64,000 bases of DNA from Alloascoidea hylecoeti (lineage: Eukaryota), in assembly GCA_001600815.1 (NCBI GenBank), contig BCKZ01000041.1, positions 1 through 64,000 on the forward strand, in the 5' to 3' direction. The notes under the pieces were generated by a model. The model worked only from the letters and a program-made list of their open reading frames with translations. It did not search any database and was not told where the DNA came from. Shown piece by piece: positions 1 to 12,690 of the stretch. Position numbers and translations under genes: made by a program. Positions within the stretch are counted from its first letter, which is position 1. Every line of letters starts with the position of its first letter.

Positions 1-628
1 TTCTAATTCTCTTTCTAGTTGTAATGCTCTTTCTTTCATTTCTTTTTTCTCTCGTTCTGCTCTTTTTGCTGTTAATCGGAATTGACTTTCAGACCTTGTA
101 ATTTTTCCAATGTTTCAACTAAATTATTAATCTTATTAATTTTGGTTGATAATTCATCATCATATCGAGTAGCTAATCTTTCTTTTTGTTTTAATTCATC
201 TTTTAAACCTTTTAATGAATTGTCTAAAGTTCTTGAACTTTTATTTTCTTCAATTCTTCTCCTAATAACATCTTCAATTGTTTTTTCTAACTCATTTATA
301 CGTTGTTGCCAATATTCATAACCTCGTTTATCAGTTGTTGTTGTTGAGTTTCTAAATCTAGTACTTTTAATTTTAATTCTTTATTTTCACTTTCAAGTGT
401 TGCCTTTTCTTCTGCTAATTGATCATTAATTAATCTTTCTGAATCTGCAGTACTTGAAATATCAGAATGTAAAGATTGCAAGTTTTCAAGTTGTAATTGA
501 ATTTCAGCAGTTTNTTTCTTTTGATATTCCAATGCATCAGTTAAACTATTTAAATCAATTGATTTTCTTCTTGGCGTTTTAATACCATTTGGTGAAGTTG
601 TGAATAAATCTTCTAAATCATTTGTCAT
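1..628 (-). pseudogene. Coiled-coil protein fragment with two apparent frameshifts (pseudogene or sequence error), running off the window start
   Basis: ORF 296..628 (MTNDLEDLF...) continues in a second frame near 320 (YEYWQQRINELEKTIEDVIRRRIEE...) and in a third near 90 (SQFRLTAKRAEREKKEMKERALQLERELE). E/K/L heptad-like composition; an N base at 514. Confidence 0.55.
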
Positions 629-629
629 T

Positions 630-818
630 TCAAATATTATAAATATTTGGAATTTAGGTAATCAAAAATTATTAAAAGAATATTCAAAACCATATTTACA
701 TGCTATTTCATCGTTTTATGTTGATTCAAAAAGGATGGTTGTTTTTACTAAAGGAAGTGATATTGTATTTTATGATTTTACTAAAAATTTAAGGAAAAAA
801 TATTTAAAATATATGTAG
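630..818 (+). pseudogene. C-terminal fragment of a WD40-like protein (member of a decayed local family)
   Basis: ...INIWNL...YVDSKRMVVFTKGSDIVFYDFTKNLRKKYLKYM*. Clear nucleotide similarity to 23390-23480 and protein similarity to the end of ORF 48077..48355. Confidence 0.5.
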
Positions 819-1803
819 TTCAATCTTATATTGAAATTTGATATGAAAAAAGTTAGTCGTTAACGTTGTATAACAAGTGTTATTCGAATTCTTCTAACTA
901 GAAGCTATAAGTACTAGTGCCTATCTATAGGTCCGCAGACTCCCACAAACATAAAACCGCTTTATTGACTCCATTATCAGACAATTCTATATATAATTAA
1001 ATACAAATAATTTGAAGGATCACCTTCTTCGGATGAGCAAATATGGTGAAGAGATCCACGAAAAAATTTCTTGCCCAATGAAATAATTTTAACGATGTCA
1101 GCTCTATTTAACTGTAACGTTATAGAATATATGAGTTGTCTATTAAAATTGGAAATAAGAAAGATTGCAATTGAGATTAGAGGGCTATAGGTAGTTACAG
1201 TATATAAGCTTATCTTAGTTGAAAACAAACACGAAGCTCCCACGGTATGTGAATACACATAATACCATATTATCTTGTTTGACTTTCTCTCTTGTGTTCA
1301 CAGTTTGAGTGCTTTTGGTGATAGATCCTCGTGTACTCCCAATTTTCAACTTTGTGTCATTTAATTCGGAATTTGGTTTTGTTGTAGCAACTATTGCTTT
1401 ATTGGACTGGATATGGTATTTACTATATTTAAAATATGTTTAACAGTATTATACTTAAAAGATCATTTCTTGTCAACTTTAAAGAATTTTAAACCATGAT
1501 ATGTATAATTCCTTACCCTTTACTGAATTACTACATACAGAGTGATTTGCCTCAAATCTCCTTTACATGTGAGGAAAAAAGTTAGTGGAAAAAAAAATTA
1601 TTAGCTTTTTCCCCACATTTCATGATCTACAACTTTGTTATTCATTCTTATACTTATATCACCCGCATATCAATCATATTTAATACATATAGTTCGTAAG
1701 CTAACTTTGATATACTCGTTATGTTACAATATCAAATATTAAAATCAGTAAACATATTATTGTTACTTAAGAACAACAAACATTTATATTTTAAATGTAC
1801 TTG

Positions 1804-1898
1804 TGTAAGGATATAGCGTCTAGTGGTATGATACTCGCTTTGGTTGCGAGTGGCCCTGGGTTCATTTCCCAGCTCGGCCCCCATGTAAGGATATAGCG
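1804..1898 (+). repeat. 15-bp perfect direct repeat (target-site duplication) flanking the tRNA retrocopy
   Basis: TGTAAGGATATAGCG at 1804-1818 and 1884-1898. Confidence 0.9.
1818..1883 (+). pseudogene. 5'-truncated, CCA-containing retrocopy of tRNA-Pro(UGG)
   Basis: GTCTAGTGGTATGATACTCGC-TTTGGTT-GCGAGTGGCCCTGGG-TTCATTT-CCCAG-CTCGGCC-C-CCA matches yeast tRNA-Pro(UGG) from position 10. The 5' acceptor strand is missing, so it cannot fold as a functional tRNA. Flanked by the direct repeat TGTAAGGATATAGCG. Confidence 0.9.
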
Positions 1899-2234
1899 AT
1901 AATTTAGCTGAAGTGAAAATAACTTATCTTATAAAAAGAGGAAACTACTTACTATTTATATAGGCTTTCATAGCCGGGTAGCTATACTTTAAGTTACAAT
2001 TGATACCTGAGAACCTGACAACTTGCATATTTACCTATTTAGTTTTTGGATAAGCAAAGATAATGATTACACCTTTTTGCAAACCACATAAAGAGAATGT
2101 TAGCTCTAAAAAAAAAATTAAAGGTTTATAATTTAAAATATGAAGATGGTAACAACTACTTGAAATATGTGCTGAATTTATGGACTATATTTTATCATCA
2201 TGAACATGAAATTTATTTAAACTTAACAATATAA

Positions 2235-4565
2235 TTAACAAGATTTATAAACACCTTTAACCTTAACAACATCATTAATAATTTTAATCTTATGATAAAT
2301 AATTTTAGACCATTTAACAGCTCTTTCATAATCATCATCTTCAATAGCTTCTAATAAACCAGGAAATACTTGTCCTGCATAACCAGTATATCTACCAGGA
2401 GCATAAACAATATGTTTAAACCATTCTCTATTATCAAGTCCCTTGCTGTATGTTAAAATTCTATCTAAATATTGAATATGTTTATTTAATCCTTTAATTT
2501 TTGATAAAATTATTAATTTATGAATCCAATCTTTAAAACCAAAAGTTTTTGGTGGAGATGAATTTAGAGTATCTAATTGAGATTGTAATGATGATGTTAA
2601 ATTATCAAATTTTAAACCATTTGTTGTAAAATTTGTTAAGATTGTATTAATTCCATTTAATAAATCATTAAATGTATCAAATTCATTAAATTCATTAATA
2701 TTAATTGAATGACATGAATTTTCTTCATCTTCATGTAAATCATTATTTAACCATTTTTTAGGAATTAAATCTTTAGCTTTATTAAAAAAATAAAATAAAT
2801 CTTTACCATATTGTTCAGAACCAAATTTAATTGTTTCTTGTTGTGATAATTCAAGCAGTATAGAACCTAAAAATTTAGCATTTAAATTATGATAAATAAA
2901 ACCAGGATCACCAAATTTTTCCATCCAATAGAAAGAATCATAATTTGAATGATATTGATAAATTGCATCTTTTGAACCACCATGGAATCCAACATCAAGG
3001 GAAGGTATACCAATAAAATCTTGAAATACAGTATAATCACTTCCTGAACCTAAATTATGCAAAATTCCATTTGATGTTTCATTCCAATGATTTAATAATG
3101 TTCCACCTTTTGGATATTCTATAATTGAAGCAATTTCATAAAGTAGGTCTCTTAGTAATGGTGAGCCTGCTGCACCCAAAACTGAACCAGTTGCACCAGA
3201 ATCGATATTTAAATATGCAAGGGCGTTGTTGTTTAACCATTTTGATTTATCTTCACCCCATTCAGTTGATCCTAATAATCCATATTCTTCACCATCCCAA
3301 CTTGCAAATATTATAGATCTTAATGGTTTCCACCCTAATTTAGTTAATTCATTTAATGATCTTGCAATTTCTAAAATTATAGAAGAACCTGAATTTGGAT
3401 CACCTGCACCACCAGCAATCCAAGCATCTCGGTGATTACCAATTATTATAGTTTCATCATTTTTTAAAGAACCTTCAATTTTACCAAATACATTATTAAC
3501 ATTTGTATAAGAATAATTTTGTAAATTAAATAAATTTAATTCTAAATCGCTTGGACCAATTGAATAATCAAAATCATCTAAACCACCAAAAAAATCATCA
3601 TTTAAATCTTTTGCATTTAAACCTTTACCATTTAATTGTTTTAAAATTGGTAATATTTCTTTATAACTTATTGGTAAACTTGGAATTGAAGGAATTCTTT
3701 CAAATGGATCTTTTCTTTCAACACCTTCTTTACTTGGATATCCAGGAGTTGTTGGATCACCGGGAGTAATTGATAAAAATTGAACACTACCTCTTTGAAC
3801 ACTTGATGGATTTCTTGCAGGTCCATCAGGGTAAGATTTATAACCATTTTTAATAGTAATTTCTCCATCATCACCAGGATCTGAATATAATATTATACCA
3901 ATTGCTCCTAATTCTTGAGCAAATTTAACTTTTAAACCACGGAATAAACCACCATATTTTGAAATTATAATTTTATTTTTAAAACTAACTCCTTTTGATT
4001 GTAATAATTCAAAATCTTCTTTTCTACCATATCCAACATATAAAAATTTCCCAGTAACATTTCCAGAAGCAGAATAACCATGGAAAGTAGGTATACGATC
4101 GGATAAACCAGTTGTTTCATCTTGTTTTAAAATATCTTCTTCTAATGATGGTTGATAAATAATTGAACCATTTTTATTTAATAATTTTAAACCATGATCT
4201 AATGGATAATTCAATAATACAGGATATGATTCAGTACTTGTTTTTAGACCGTATTCTTGAAATTTTTCAATTGTATAATCGATTAAATTTAAACCTTGTC
4301 CTGCTAAATGTGGTCCACGAGTATAATCATAACTCCAATTCCTAGCAAGATTTGATTCTGATAATGTATCTAAATATAATTTTAAGGCAGATGATTTTGA
4401 TAATGTATCATCATTTTGAAAAGTGTTTTTTGATTTAAGATTGAAATTATAAGTAAATGATAAATATAATGAATAAGTAGCAATGATTGTGATTATAAAT
4501 AAACGTTTAAAACGTTTATAATTTTTAGCATGTTTATTATTAAAATGATTAGTTTTCTCAATCAT
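2235..4565 (-). CDS. VPS70: Glutamate carboxypeptidase II / transferrin-receptor-like M28B peptidase (PA + M28 + TfR dimerisation domains), type II membrane protein
   Basis: 776 aa ORF with an N-terminal TM anchor and motifs GNHRDAW, GAGDPNSG, SWDGEEYGLLGSTEW, YLNID, GSGSDY, YHSNYD, WFKHIVYAPG. Zinc ligands appear intact. The symbol is the closest yeast family member, not proven orthology. Confidence 0.85.
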   Translation of the reverse strand: MIEKTNHFNNKHAKNYKRFKRLFIITIIATYSLYLSFTYNFNLKSKNTFQNDDTLSKSSALKLYLDTLSESNLARNWSYDYTRGPHLAGQGLNLIDYTIEKFQEYGLKTSTESYPVLLNYPLDHGLKLLNKNGSIIYQPSLEEDILKQDETTGLSDRIPTFHGYSASGNVTGKFLYVGYGRKEDFELLQSKGVSFKNKIIISKYGGLFRGLKVKFAQELGAIGIILYSDPGDDGEITIKNGYKSYPDGPARNPSSVQRGSVQFLSITPGDPTTPGYPSKEGVERKDPFERIPSIPSLPISYKEILPILKQLNGKGLNAKDLNDDFFGGLDDFDYSIGPSDLELNLFNLQNYSYTNVNNVFGKIEGSLKNDETIIIGNHRDAWIAGGAGDPNSGSSIILEIARSLNELTKLGWKPLRSIIFASWDGEEYGLLGSTEWGEDKSKWLNNNALAYLNIDSGATGSVLGAAGSPLLRDLLYEIASIIEYPKGGTLLNHWNETSNGILHNLGSGSDYTVFQDFIGIPSLDVGFHGGSKDAIYQYHSNYDSFYWMEKFGDPGFIYHNLNAKFLGSILLELSQQETIKFGSEQYGKDLFYFFNKAKDLIPKKWLNNDLHEDEENSCHSININEFNEFDTFNDLLNGINTILTNFTTNGLKFDNLTSSLQSQLDTLNSSPPKTFGFKDWIHKLIILSKIKGLNKHIQYLDRILTYSKGLDNREWFKHIVYAPGRYTGYAGQVFPGLLEAIEDDDYERAVKWSKIIYHKIKIINDVVKVKGVYKSC

Positions 4566-6358
4566 TTTTATCGATTGATGAAGAAGAAATCCGGGGATTA
4601 AATAGTAAAATGGTACGGATCACGTGTGTAGGCGTGTGGAGATAATGCAATATTGTATGATTGTATTATCTGATTACGAATATGAATCCTAACACACCGG
4701 TACTTTCGGATTCAACAGTATCCACTGTCTGTGGGATGCATCCTAGCGACTACCCACACGCTGGACATGTGACTTCTTGTGTCAGCTGTTTTTGAACAAA
4801 TGCCATCGCAAGGGATTCCAGCCGGTGCTCTGAGACTATATTCCTCCGTAAACTCCACCAAAAGCCAGTTATACCCGTTATACCCGATACCTACCATCAA
4901 GACCTCTTGTTTGCTGCGAGCCACGTGAGCACCCGGAAGAAACCTTACAAATTTATATAACCATTAAATATTATAGCTACATCATCTATGATCATACAAA
5001 AATATCCTATATCTCCTTGAATATTAAACGATATATCGGTTTAAAATCTGATAATTTCCGGATTATACAATTACCGTTTCATAATGAATTATTTATCATT
5101 AATATCCATGCAAAAATACGGAAACCATTGTCCATATATACATACCTGTTAATCATGCTATTTAAATTACAAAGTAATTTCTTATTAAACCTGATGAATC
5201 AGTAATGATCTATAATCTTATTCACTTTATAGATAATTTAATTGATGGAGATGAGCTTGCTTCCCCACTCAGTGGCACTCAACTTTTCAATTTTGATTGG
5301 TATTTATAACAGGGCCAGGCGGATATTAGAATTCGGATAACTGTATCTTTTGCCAAATTTTGCTCACTCATACCCGATGATATTTTGGGGAATAATCCCA
5401 GGTTCAAAGGTTGCCCTCTTCAATGAATACATCGTACCAAAAACCTGCATACTTTTTTCATTATATTTATGTAGGGACTAATCTCTTATAATACCCGAAT
5501 TTATCTATTTTATATATTTAAATTTTTATTTTTTTGTCACCTATAACTATGCAGTTGAATAGGAAAAGCTATTAAATGTGTATAAGGCCTTATACAAATA
5601 AAAATTATCAATCGTACCATTATGAATATACTGTATGATTACAACCGCTGGGTAGATAATCGAAACCAAAATCCTTGTTTATTATTGTGAGTGGCTATAA
5701 TTTTGATATTTAAAACTCATGAGTAATGGCTCACAATGGAATACTCTTAAACAATTGGTATATAATTACTTTCTCAGAATTGAGACTTCCTTTATTACTA
5801 TTAAAATTATGGTTATAGAGGTCATAGATCAATATATGTTGATATAATTAATAATGTGTATAAACTAACCATAATGGTATGTCCTAGGGTGTTCTAAGAT
5901 CGCAGCTACTACACTAGCCGTGCAGATTGATCTATGGTGCTAACTATAGTAATTATTTAACTTTGTTTAAGTTCAAGTTTATCATAATCGAAAATCTGTT
6001 GCAAATTGCAATTGGGATTCAACTGTATTATGCATTACTTTATAAATGTAAGTGTAACATAATGAAATATAAACCATGAACTAACGGATCAAAATACCCA
6101 ATTATAAGATTTTTTTCTGTGCTAATTTATTCCTCTCAAGCTTAAATCCAATATTTAGGCCTGAAATTGGAGGCACTAAGCGGGGTAGTTTATGTAAAAT
6201 AAAAAGCATGTTAATGATAAGAATCCAGAACCATTAATTAAGTAATACAACAGACATATGATTTTCGATTAAGTTTGTGTCTTGCATATATAAACGCTAG
6301 AATTTGCAAGTTTTTTTCTGCTTCAATTGGTATTGGTTTATACTAGTTTACTTCAAGA

Positions 6359-7903
6359 ATGATTGAGAATGAAGTGGTTGATTCGAAGTTAGAGAAATTT
6401 AAAACTTTAGAAAAAGAAAACGGAGAAGTCATTATTTATAATGGCCATCCAATAGATTTAGTAGATAAGGATGAAGCAATGAAATATTTTGATGATACAG
6501 TCGAATTGGATGCCGAAACTGACCGAAAATTACTCCGAAAAATAGATCTTTATGTCTGTCCATTATTGTGTATATTATATTGTTGTCAATTTATGGACAA
6601 AACAACAACATCATATGCATCCATTATGGGATTAAGAACTGATTTAAAAATGGTAGGTGATCAATATTCTTGGACAGGAAGTGCATTTTATCTTGGTTAT
6701 TTATTTTTTGAATTTCCCGCCTCTATGTGTTTACAAAGATTCCCAGTGGTGAAAACGCTTGGTGCATTCATTATTATTTGGGGTGTCATTCTCTGCTTGC
6801 ACGCTACACCAAATTATGCTGGATTTGTTGCTTTACGGACTCTTTTAGGCATGTTTGAATCTGCAATCACACCAGCTTTCGTTTTAATTACAGCACAATG
6901 GTATAAAAAAGAAGAACAATTTTTAAGAACTTCTATTTGGTTTGCGTTTAATGGGTTTGGATCAATCATGGGTGCATCAATTGCTTACGGGTTAGCAATT
7001 AAAGCAGATGTGTATTCTATTGAAGTCTGGAAAATACTTTATATTGTTGTTGGACTTTTTACAATAGCACTTGGAATTATTTTGGTTTTGCATCTTCCTG
7101 ATGTTCCTTCAAAAGCATGGTTCTTAACGGAGTTAGAGAGGAAACAAGTGATAGCTAGAATTAAATCAAATCAACAAGGATTTGGAAATACACATTTTAA
7201 AATGTATCAATTTATTGAAGCATTTAAAGATCCTAGAACATATTTAGTGTTTATAGAAGCTATTGCTGCAAATATTCCAAATGGAGGACTAACGAACTTT
7301 TCGTCCATTCTTATGAAAGAAGATTTTGGATATGGTACATTAGATGCATTGTTAATGGGTATGCCTGTTGGAGCAGTTGAGCTGGTAGGTTGTCCATTAT
7401 TTGGACTTTTATCTTTATGGGTTCCACATCGATTAGGAATAGCAACGTTTGTTATGTTATTAACTGATGCCTTTTTTTGTATATTTGCTTTTGCTTCAAA
7501 TAAAAAAGCAAGGCTAGCATCATATTATCTGGTAACACTTTATCCAGTTTCTATGATCTGTTTATTAGCTTGTTTTTCTGCCAATACAGCTGGTCATACT
7601 AAGAAAATTACAGTTAATGCTATTTATCTCATTGGCTATTGTGTTGGTAACCTTGTGGGTCCTCAAACATTCAGAGATAACCAAGCCCCGAGTTATTCAG
7701 GGGCCAAAATTGCCATGATTGTTGGAAATTGTGTTGCTACAGTTTGTATAATGGCGTTGTACTATATAAATTGGAAGGACAATAAAAGAAGAGATAGGGA
7801 AGAGGAGAAGTTGATTAAGGAATCACATTTAGATCAGATCGAAAATATTGAATTTGCTGATTTAACTGACTTTGAGAATCCATACTTTAGATATATTCTT
7901 TGA
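6359..7903 (+). CDS. DAL5: MFS allantoate/dipeptide permease (Dal5, anion:cation symporter family)
   Basis: 514 aa, ~12 TM. LLRKIDL, QFMDKTT, QWYKKEEQFLRT, NIPNGGLTNF, ANTAGHTKK, FADLTDFENPYFRY are characteristic of the family. Confidence 0.88.
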   Translation: MIENEVVDSKLEKFKTLEKENGEVIIYNGHPIDLVDKDEAMKYFDDTVELDAETDRKLLRKIDLYVCPLLCILYCCQFMDKTTTSYASIMGLRTDLKMVGDQYSWTGSAFYLGYLFFEFPASMCLQRFPVVKTLGAFIIIWGVILCLHATPNYAGFVALRTLLGMFESAITPAFVLITAQWYKKEEQFLRTSIWFAFNGFGSIMGASIAYGLAIKADVYSIEVWKILYIVVGLFTIALGIILVLHLPDVPSKAWFLTELERKQVIARIKSNQQGFGNTHFKMYQFIEAFKDPRTYLVFIEAIAANIPNGGLTNFSSILMKEDFGYGTLDALLMGMPVGAVELVGCPLFGLLSLWVPHRLGIATFVMLLTDAFFCIFAFASNKKARLASYYLVTLYPVSMICLLACFSANTAGHTKKITVNAIYLIGYCVGNLVGPQTFRDNQAPSYSGAKIAMIVGNCVATVCIMALYYINWKDNKRRDREEEKLIKESHLDQIENIEFADLTDFENPYFRYIL

Positions 7904-8389
7904 ATATCAAAAGTATCCATGGAACTTATATGAAACTTATTTAATGACCTTATTAATAGTTTTTGATATAATGAGTAGATATATAATATAACCATATAGT
8001 TATAGTTTAATGATTAATTGTGTTAGATTGCCTGTACAAGCTCACCGCTCTAATTATAGTGTGGTAAGTGTACCAAATACCACAAATATTAATGTGTAAG
8101 TTCCAACACTCACATTAATAATATGCATGATTAAGGAGTCCAACTTAATAGAGTTACTATATTAATACAAAATTAATGAAGAATGACCATTATCTATAAC
8201 TTCTGATATATCAAATTACAAAACAGATCTTTGACTAGAAATATACGGTGCAATGTATTTTAATCTCAGAATATCTATCATCTGGATCCATATTGTTTCT
8301 CATATGAATTCCCCGGGAAATCTTTTAAATCGATATATATTTACGAAATAATCTTACAATAATGATGATGAATGATACAAAATTTCTTA

Positions 8390-8392
<3 letters not shown>

Positions 8393-8429
<37 letters not shown>
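8393..8429. repeat. Poly(T) tract, 37 nt
   Basis: Directly visible between the convergent 3' ends of DAL5 and INO1. Confidence 0.9.
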
Positions 8430-8433
<4 letters not shown>

Positions 8434-8834
8434 GCCTTGGTTTAGCTATTCAAGTGTAGCCTTCATCTGAGAAAGGCATAACAGACTTAATGTCGAGTTT
8501 ACCTTCTCAGTGAACAAGAGGGCTACTTAATGTGAAATAGCGAAGCTTGAATTATATCAATCTGAATTATTTTGATTTTTACTACAAAGACATAGGTCCT
8601 GGTCAATATTAGCTCAGAGAAGTGTATTACGTAATTGGATAAATATTCAGATCCGAGAAAACCAAAAGGGGCTTGAATAGACAAATTTTCGAAATGAATG
8701 CATCTCTTGTTACTCTAGTTGAATTTCTAATGAAAATGCTTGTAGCAATTTGCATACATTAATATTGCCAAATATTATATTATTATTTTATATTAATTTC
8801 AAATTTCTAATTTCTATATTTCTAAAATCTATAT

Positions 8835-10442
8835 TTATTTTAATCTTTCTTCCAATTTCAATTCATTTTGAGCACTTAAACCAATTAACAATCTTAGAAA
8901 GTTTTCTAACCCAGCTCTTTGTTTATTTAAACCATTTACAGGTTCAGTTCCTGGTCTAACGAGAGGAGCTTTTAACCAATAACTTAAGAAACTTAAAACA
9001 GAATGTAAATTTTCATAATCTTTTCCACTATTTTTTTCCTTGTAAGAAACTCTTGATAAAAATTCAGTCATTACAACTAAATCAATAATTAAAGGAGTTG
9101 CTAATAAAGAATCTTCACAAACATTATGAATTGAAATTGTATTATGACCACCTAACATTAATTCAGAATGATATTCATCCATTGCAACTTTATCATCACC
9201 AACAGCAGGAATATATTTAATAACAATACAATGATCAACTTTTTTACCCTTTTTATCATTATATAAAATTGAATTTGAATCAATAATATCATCAATAACA
9301 GATTGTTTTGAAATTTCTTTTGAACGGAATTGTTTTGGTGATGATAAATTATAACCATCATTATTACCTAAATGATTATAAGAAGCAACAGAAACAGGTC
9401 TAATACCAGCATCAACTAAAAACTGAGCTAAAACTGATTTTAATTTAGTTTGACCAGATTTAAAATCATCACCAGCAATAAAAGTATTTTTTTGTTCAGC
9501 TAATTCAATAACACCTGGTACAAAAGTATTTTGTGGTGAACCATTAATATATGGAATACCTTCTAAAATACTTGCTACTGCAAAAATAGTTGAAGGAGCA
9601 ATTTCATCATGAGATGATTTAATTGAATTTAATAAGTTAGCAGAAGTATCATTAACACCTTCTAAAACATCAGCATATCTTTCAGTATTTGCAGTCCATA
9701 AAACAATAACATTATCCAATTGATTTTTAGATTTAAAATCTCTAATATTTTTTCTAATAATTTCAACATGTTCCCATTTATCATTACCAGGAATAACATT
9801 ATTTGCTCTTTCTTCTTGATTTGCAGCAATAAAATCAGGATAATAAACAGAAGGTAATGGAACAATATTTTTTAATGGTTCAAATAATTGACGTTGTAAA
9901 TCATAATCTAAAACTTTTGATCTTTTAATAGCATCAGATAAATTTGCATTATTAATATCCCAACCACCAACAATTAAATCATTTGGATGAACAAATGGTA
10001 AAATTTCATTAAATGGAACATAAACATCATGACCATTTTCATCAATTCCTAATTTTAAAGTACTTGCTTGAGTAACGGAACCATAATAATTTGAATCCTG
10101 TTTACCTAACTTATTATGAAAAGATAATTTATTTTTATTTGCATAAATTGCGGAAGTTAATGTTGAACCATTGTTACCACCTAAACCAACCAATAATAAA
10201 CCAGTTTTACCAACTTTTAAATCCAATTTAAATTCATAATCAGTTTTTTTAGGTTGAACTAAATATTTCCCAGTTGTTGGATTTTTAGAAACAATTGCAT
10301 TTTCATACGAATAAGTTGAATACAATTGACCATCAGAGACTTTAACTTTATCGGAAACAACTTGAACGGTGGTGATACCTGAGGTATTGGATGCTGAAGT
10401 AGCACTAGCATCAACGACAGGAGTATTAGCAATTGGAGCCAT
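8835..10442 (-). CDS. INO1: myo-inositol-1-phosphate synthase
   Basis: 535 aa with [39 protein letters not shown]. Confidence 0.98.
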   Translation of the reverse strand: MAPIANTPVVDASATSASNTSGITTVQVVSDKVKVSDGQLYSTYSYENAIVSKNPTTGKYLVQPKKTDYEFKLDLKVGKTGLLLVGLGGNNGSTLTSAIYANKNKLSFHNKLGKQDSNYYGSVTQASTLKLGIDENGHDVYVPFNEILPFVHPNDLIVGGWDINNANLSDAIKRSKVLDYDLQRQLFEPLKNIVPLPSVYYPDFIAANQEERANNVIPGNDKWEHVEIIRKNIRDFKSKNQLDNVIVLWTANTERYADVLEGVNDTSANLLNSIKSSHDEIAPSTIFAVASILEGIPYINGSPQNTFVPGVIELAEQKNTFIAGDDFKSGQTKLKSVLAQFLVDAGIRPVSVASYNHLGNNDGYNLSSPKQFRSKEISKQSVIDDIIDSNSILYNDKKGKKVDHCIVIKYIPAVGDDKVAMDEYHSELMLGGHNTISIHNVCEDSLLATPLIIDLVVMTEFLSRVSYKEKNSGKDYENLHSVLSFLSYWLKAPLVRPGTEPVNGLNKQRAGLENFLRLLIGLSAQNELKLEERLK

Positions 10443-11719
10443 TTTTTTAATAGTAGATTTCTTGTTTTTTGAAATGTGGTTTAATTAATACAATATCAGA
10501 GATATACCGCCGTCACCAGAAGCTGAACGAGAAGAGTTAAAGGGATGGTGTGAAGATACCAAATGTGTTGAAAACGTTTTGAAGGATCTAATCTAAGAAC
10601 AGTAGATTAAACTTGAAAGGTACTTTGTCTCGTAGTAAAACTAAAGAGGAAAGTACAGTAATTGTAAATAAGATGTAGAAGGAAAAGGAAAAGTAGGGAC
10701 TTTCTGCTGTTTTTATAGTCAATTGTGGAAATAATGGAATAATCAGATAAGGAAATATATCGATGCTGCATACTAATGCATGTCCGACGCATGGATGCGC
10801 GCCATTCCCAAAGGGGCAGTGTCTTCACGGAGCTGCGGAGCCGGAGGAATCGCCGAAACCCCCGCTTGATTTCCCATCGCAGTAAAAACAATTACTTTTC
10901 TAGGAACCGTTGTAAAAAAATGAATAAACCTCCAAATTATCTCACGCTTCTTCACCAAATCCTTTAATTTCTTTGTACTTGGAGGTGAGCATTGATGTTG
11001 TTGCTTTTCAACGGGTGGGAGATCTGCGAGGCGCTTTTCTTTTTGTTGGAAAATCAGTTAGCTTTGACCCCTCTTTTGATTTACACGTTTCAACACGTGA
11101 ATATAGAACTCGAGATTGCACCCAACATTTTTTCTTATCTATTTCTGGGATGTTTATTGGTTTATTCTGTTCCCATTTAGGCCGAGATATAAATAATATT
11201 GGCTGATTTCTAAGATTTACATATGCCTTCGGATTTTGAGTTTGATTTTCTTCGTTATAAGCCCTTTTTTTGTAGACAAATCGGAATATTAATATCCTCC
11301 AGCATAATCATTCAGCTCTGAAACTCGCCCATTATCTTATTGAGTGATATGAGTGGATTATGGCCAACAATTTATGTATCCTCTTCTCTTATTCTAATCT
11401 CAGCTTACTGTGTTTTTCCCAAACCTTCGTTTCTACTCTTTTAAATTTTTTTCCATTTTTGTACCAGTTTTCTAGTTGGTATAGTAAATCGAGCCTCAAG
11501 GTAAGATTATTTTTAAATACTATCTTATTATAACTATCTCAGTTATCATGAAGCGGAGTTGAGGGTGACTATTTTTTAATCGGTCATTTATAATTAAAAG
11601 TTTGAATTGGAAATGTTAACTTCAATTTCTAACTTTCATTTCAATTTTGAAATCTATGTGTCACCAAAGTTGAGTTTTAAAGAAACGTTACTATTATCCT
11701 AGTTAATTACACAAATTTA

Positions 11720-11950
11720 CAATTGATGATGATATAATTATAACTTGATCAGCTTAAATTCTTTAACGAAATTCAATAATATTACAGAGAATTGATAAAC
11801 AGATGTATTTACCGAACATGTTTTATTATCTTAATAATAATTGATTTTGAATAGCTAAGAATAAGTTAATTCAATAAATATATCTGAGATTTATAAGCAA
11901 TATTAATAGGTATGTCACACTGGTGAAAACTAATAAAGATATGAAGCTTA
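11720..11950 (+). repeat. Decayed dispersed repeat (gene relic), copy a
   Basis: GATGATGAT..TATAACTTGATCAGCTTAAA...TTATCTTAAT...AATAAGTTAATTCAAT..ATATCTGA shared with 17160-17330 and 22760-22935. Confidence 0.75.
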
Positions 11951-12239
11951 TACTAGTAATTCCTACTTATTATATCAAACCACTTCTTACTCATAACTAA
12001 ATCATACCTTTATAACTATACATGTATATGATGGCTATCTTCATGATTCCTAAATCTTTATGAAGGTTGAACAATTATCAATAAATGAGTATAATCTTGG
12101 TTTAATAAATTAGACGTATGAAAACGTTGATTATGTTGATTATTTTTAGCTGTAGATTCGAATTCACTCATGTTCATAGTAGCTACACTGACTAGCTATT
12201 CATTAAAATTTCGATTTATTTTACCACTTTCTATAGATA

Positions 12240-12690
12240 TCGCGTGAAATAAAAGGAGGTGTAAATATACATTTTCTAAACTGTGACTCCAATTCTTTAA
12301 CTTCATTTTTGGTTTAATTTGTATTTTATTTATAAGAAAGATTAATATCATCGTAAGTTATTTTTATAGATAATTTGAATATTATCTTACTGTTACCATC
12401 TCAATAATTATATAGGTAGCTTATAAAAGATTTGGAATAGATATGTTGTTAACTTTTACAAAATCCATTTAACTTTTGAAATCTAAAAAGAATATGGTGG
12501 CTACCTGTGCCAGCTAGATATAGGGACCAAACTACTTCAACTTTTATTAAGAGGATGATCCTGTTTCTTATTAAAGTTATTTGGAAATGTTTATTTTTGA
12601 AGTTCATTCTTTAGAGATTTCTATTAAATGTATACTACATAATGAGTACTGAGGACACTTAAATTGATGATCATTATTATAACTTGATTA
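12240..12690 (+). repeat. Decayed dispersed repeat (gene relic), copy b
   Basis: CGTGAAATAAAaGGaGgTGTAAATAT...TTTCTAAAC shared with 16843-16880; ends with TTGATGATCATTATTATAACTTGAT. Confidence 0.6.

Noticed and set aside
1818..1883. Functional tRNA-Pro gene
   Set aside because: The 5' acceptor strand is missing and the B-box A58 is mutated; treated as a retrocopy.
8393..8750. Poly(T) tract as the poly(A) tail of a minus-strand LINE/SINE insertion
   Set aside because: No matching target-site duplication or element body found.
10495..10535. Possible C/D snoRNA upstream of INO1 (GACGGCGGTATATCT-CTGA on the minus strand)
   Set aside because: No convincing C box, and the rRNA complementarity is imperfect.
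10443..11300. Canonical UAS-INO (CATGTGAAAT) upstream of INO1
   Set aside because: Not seen; only a generic CACGTG E-box near 11094.
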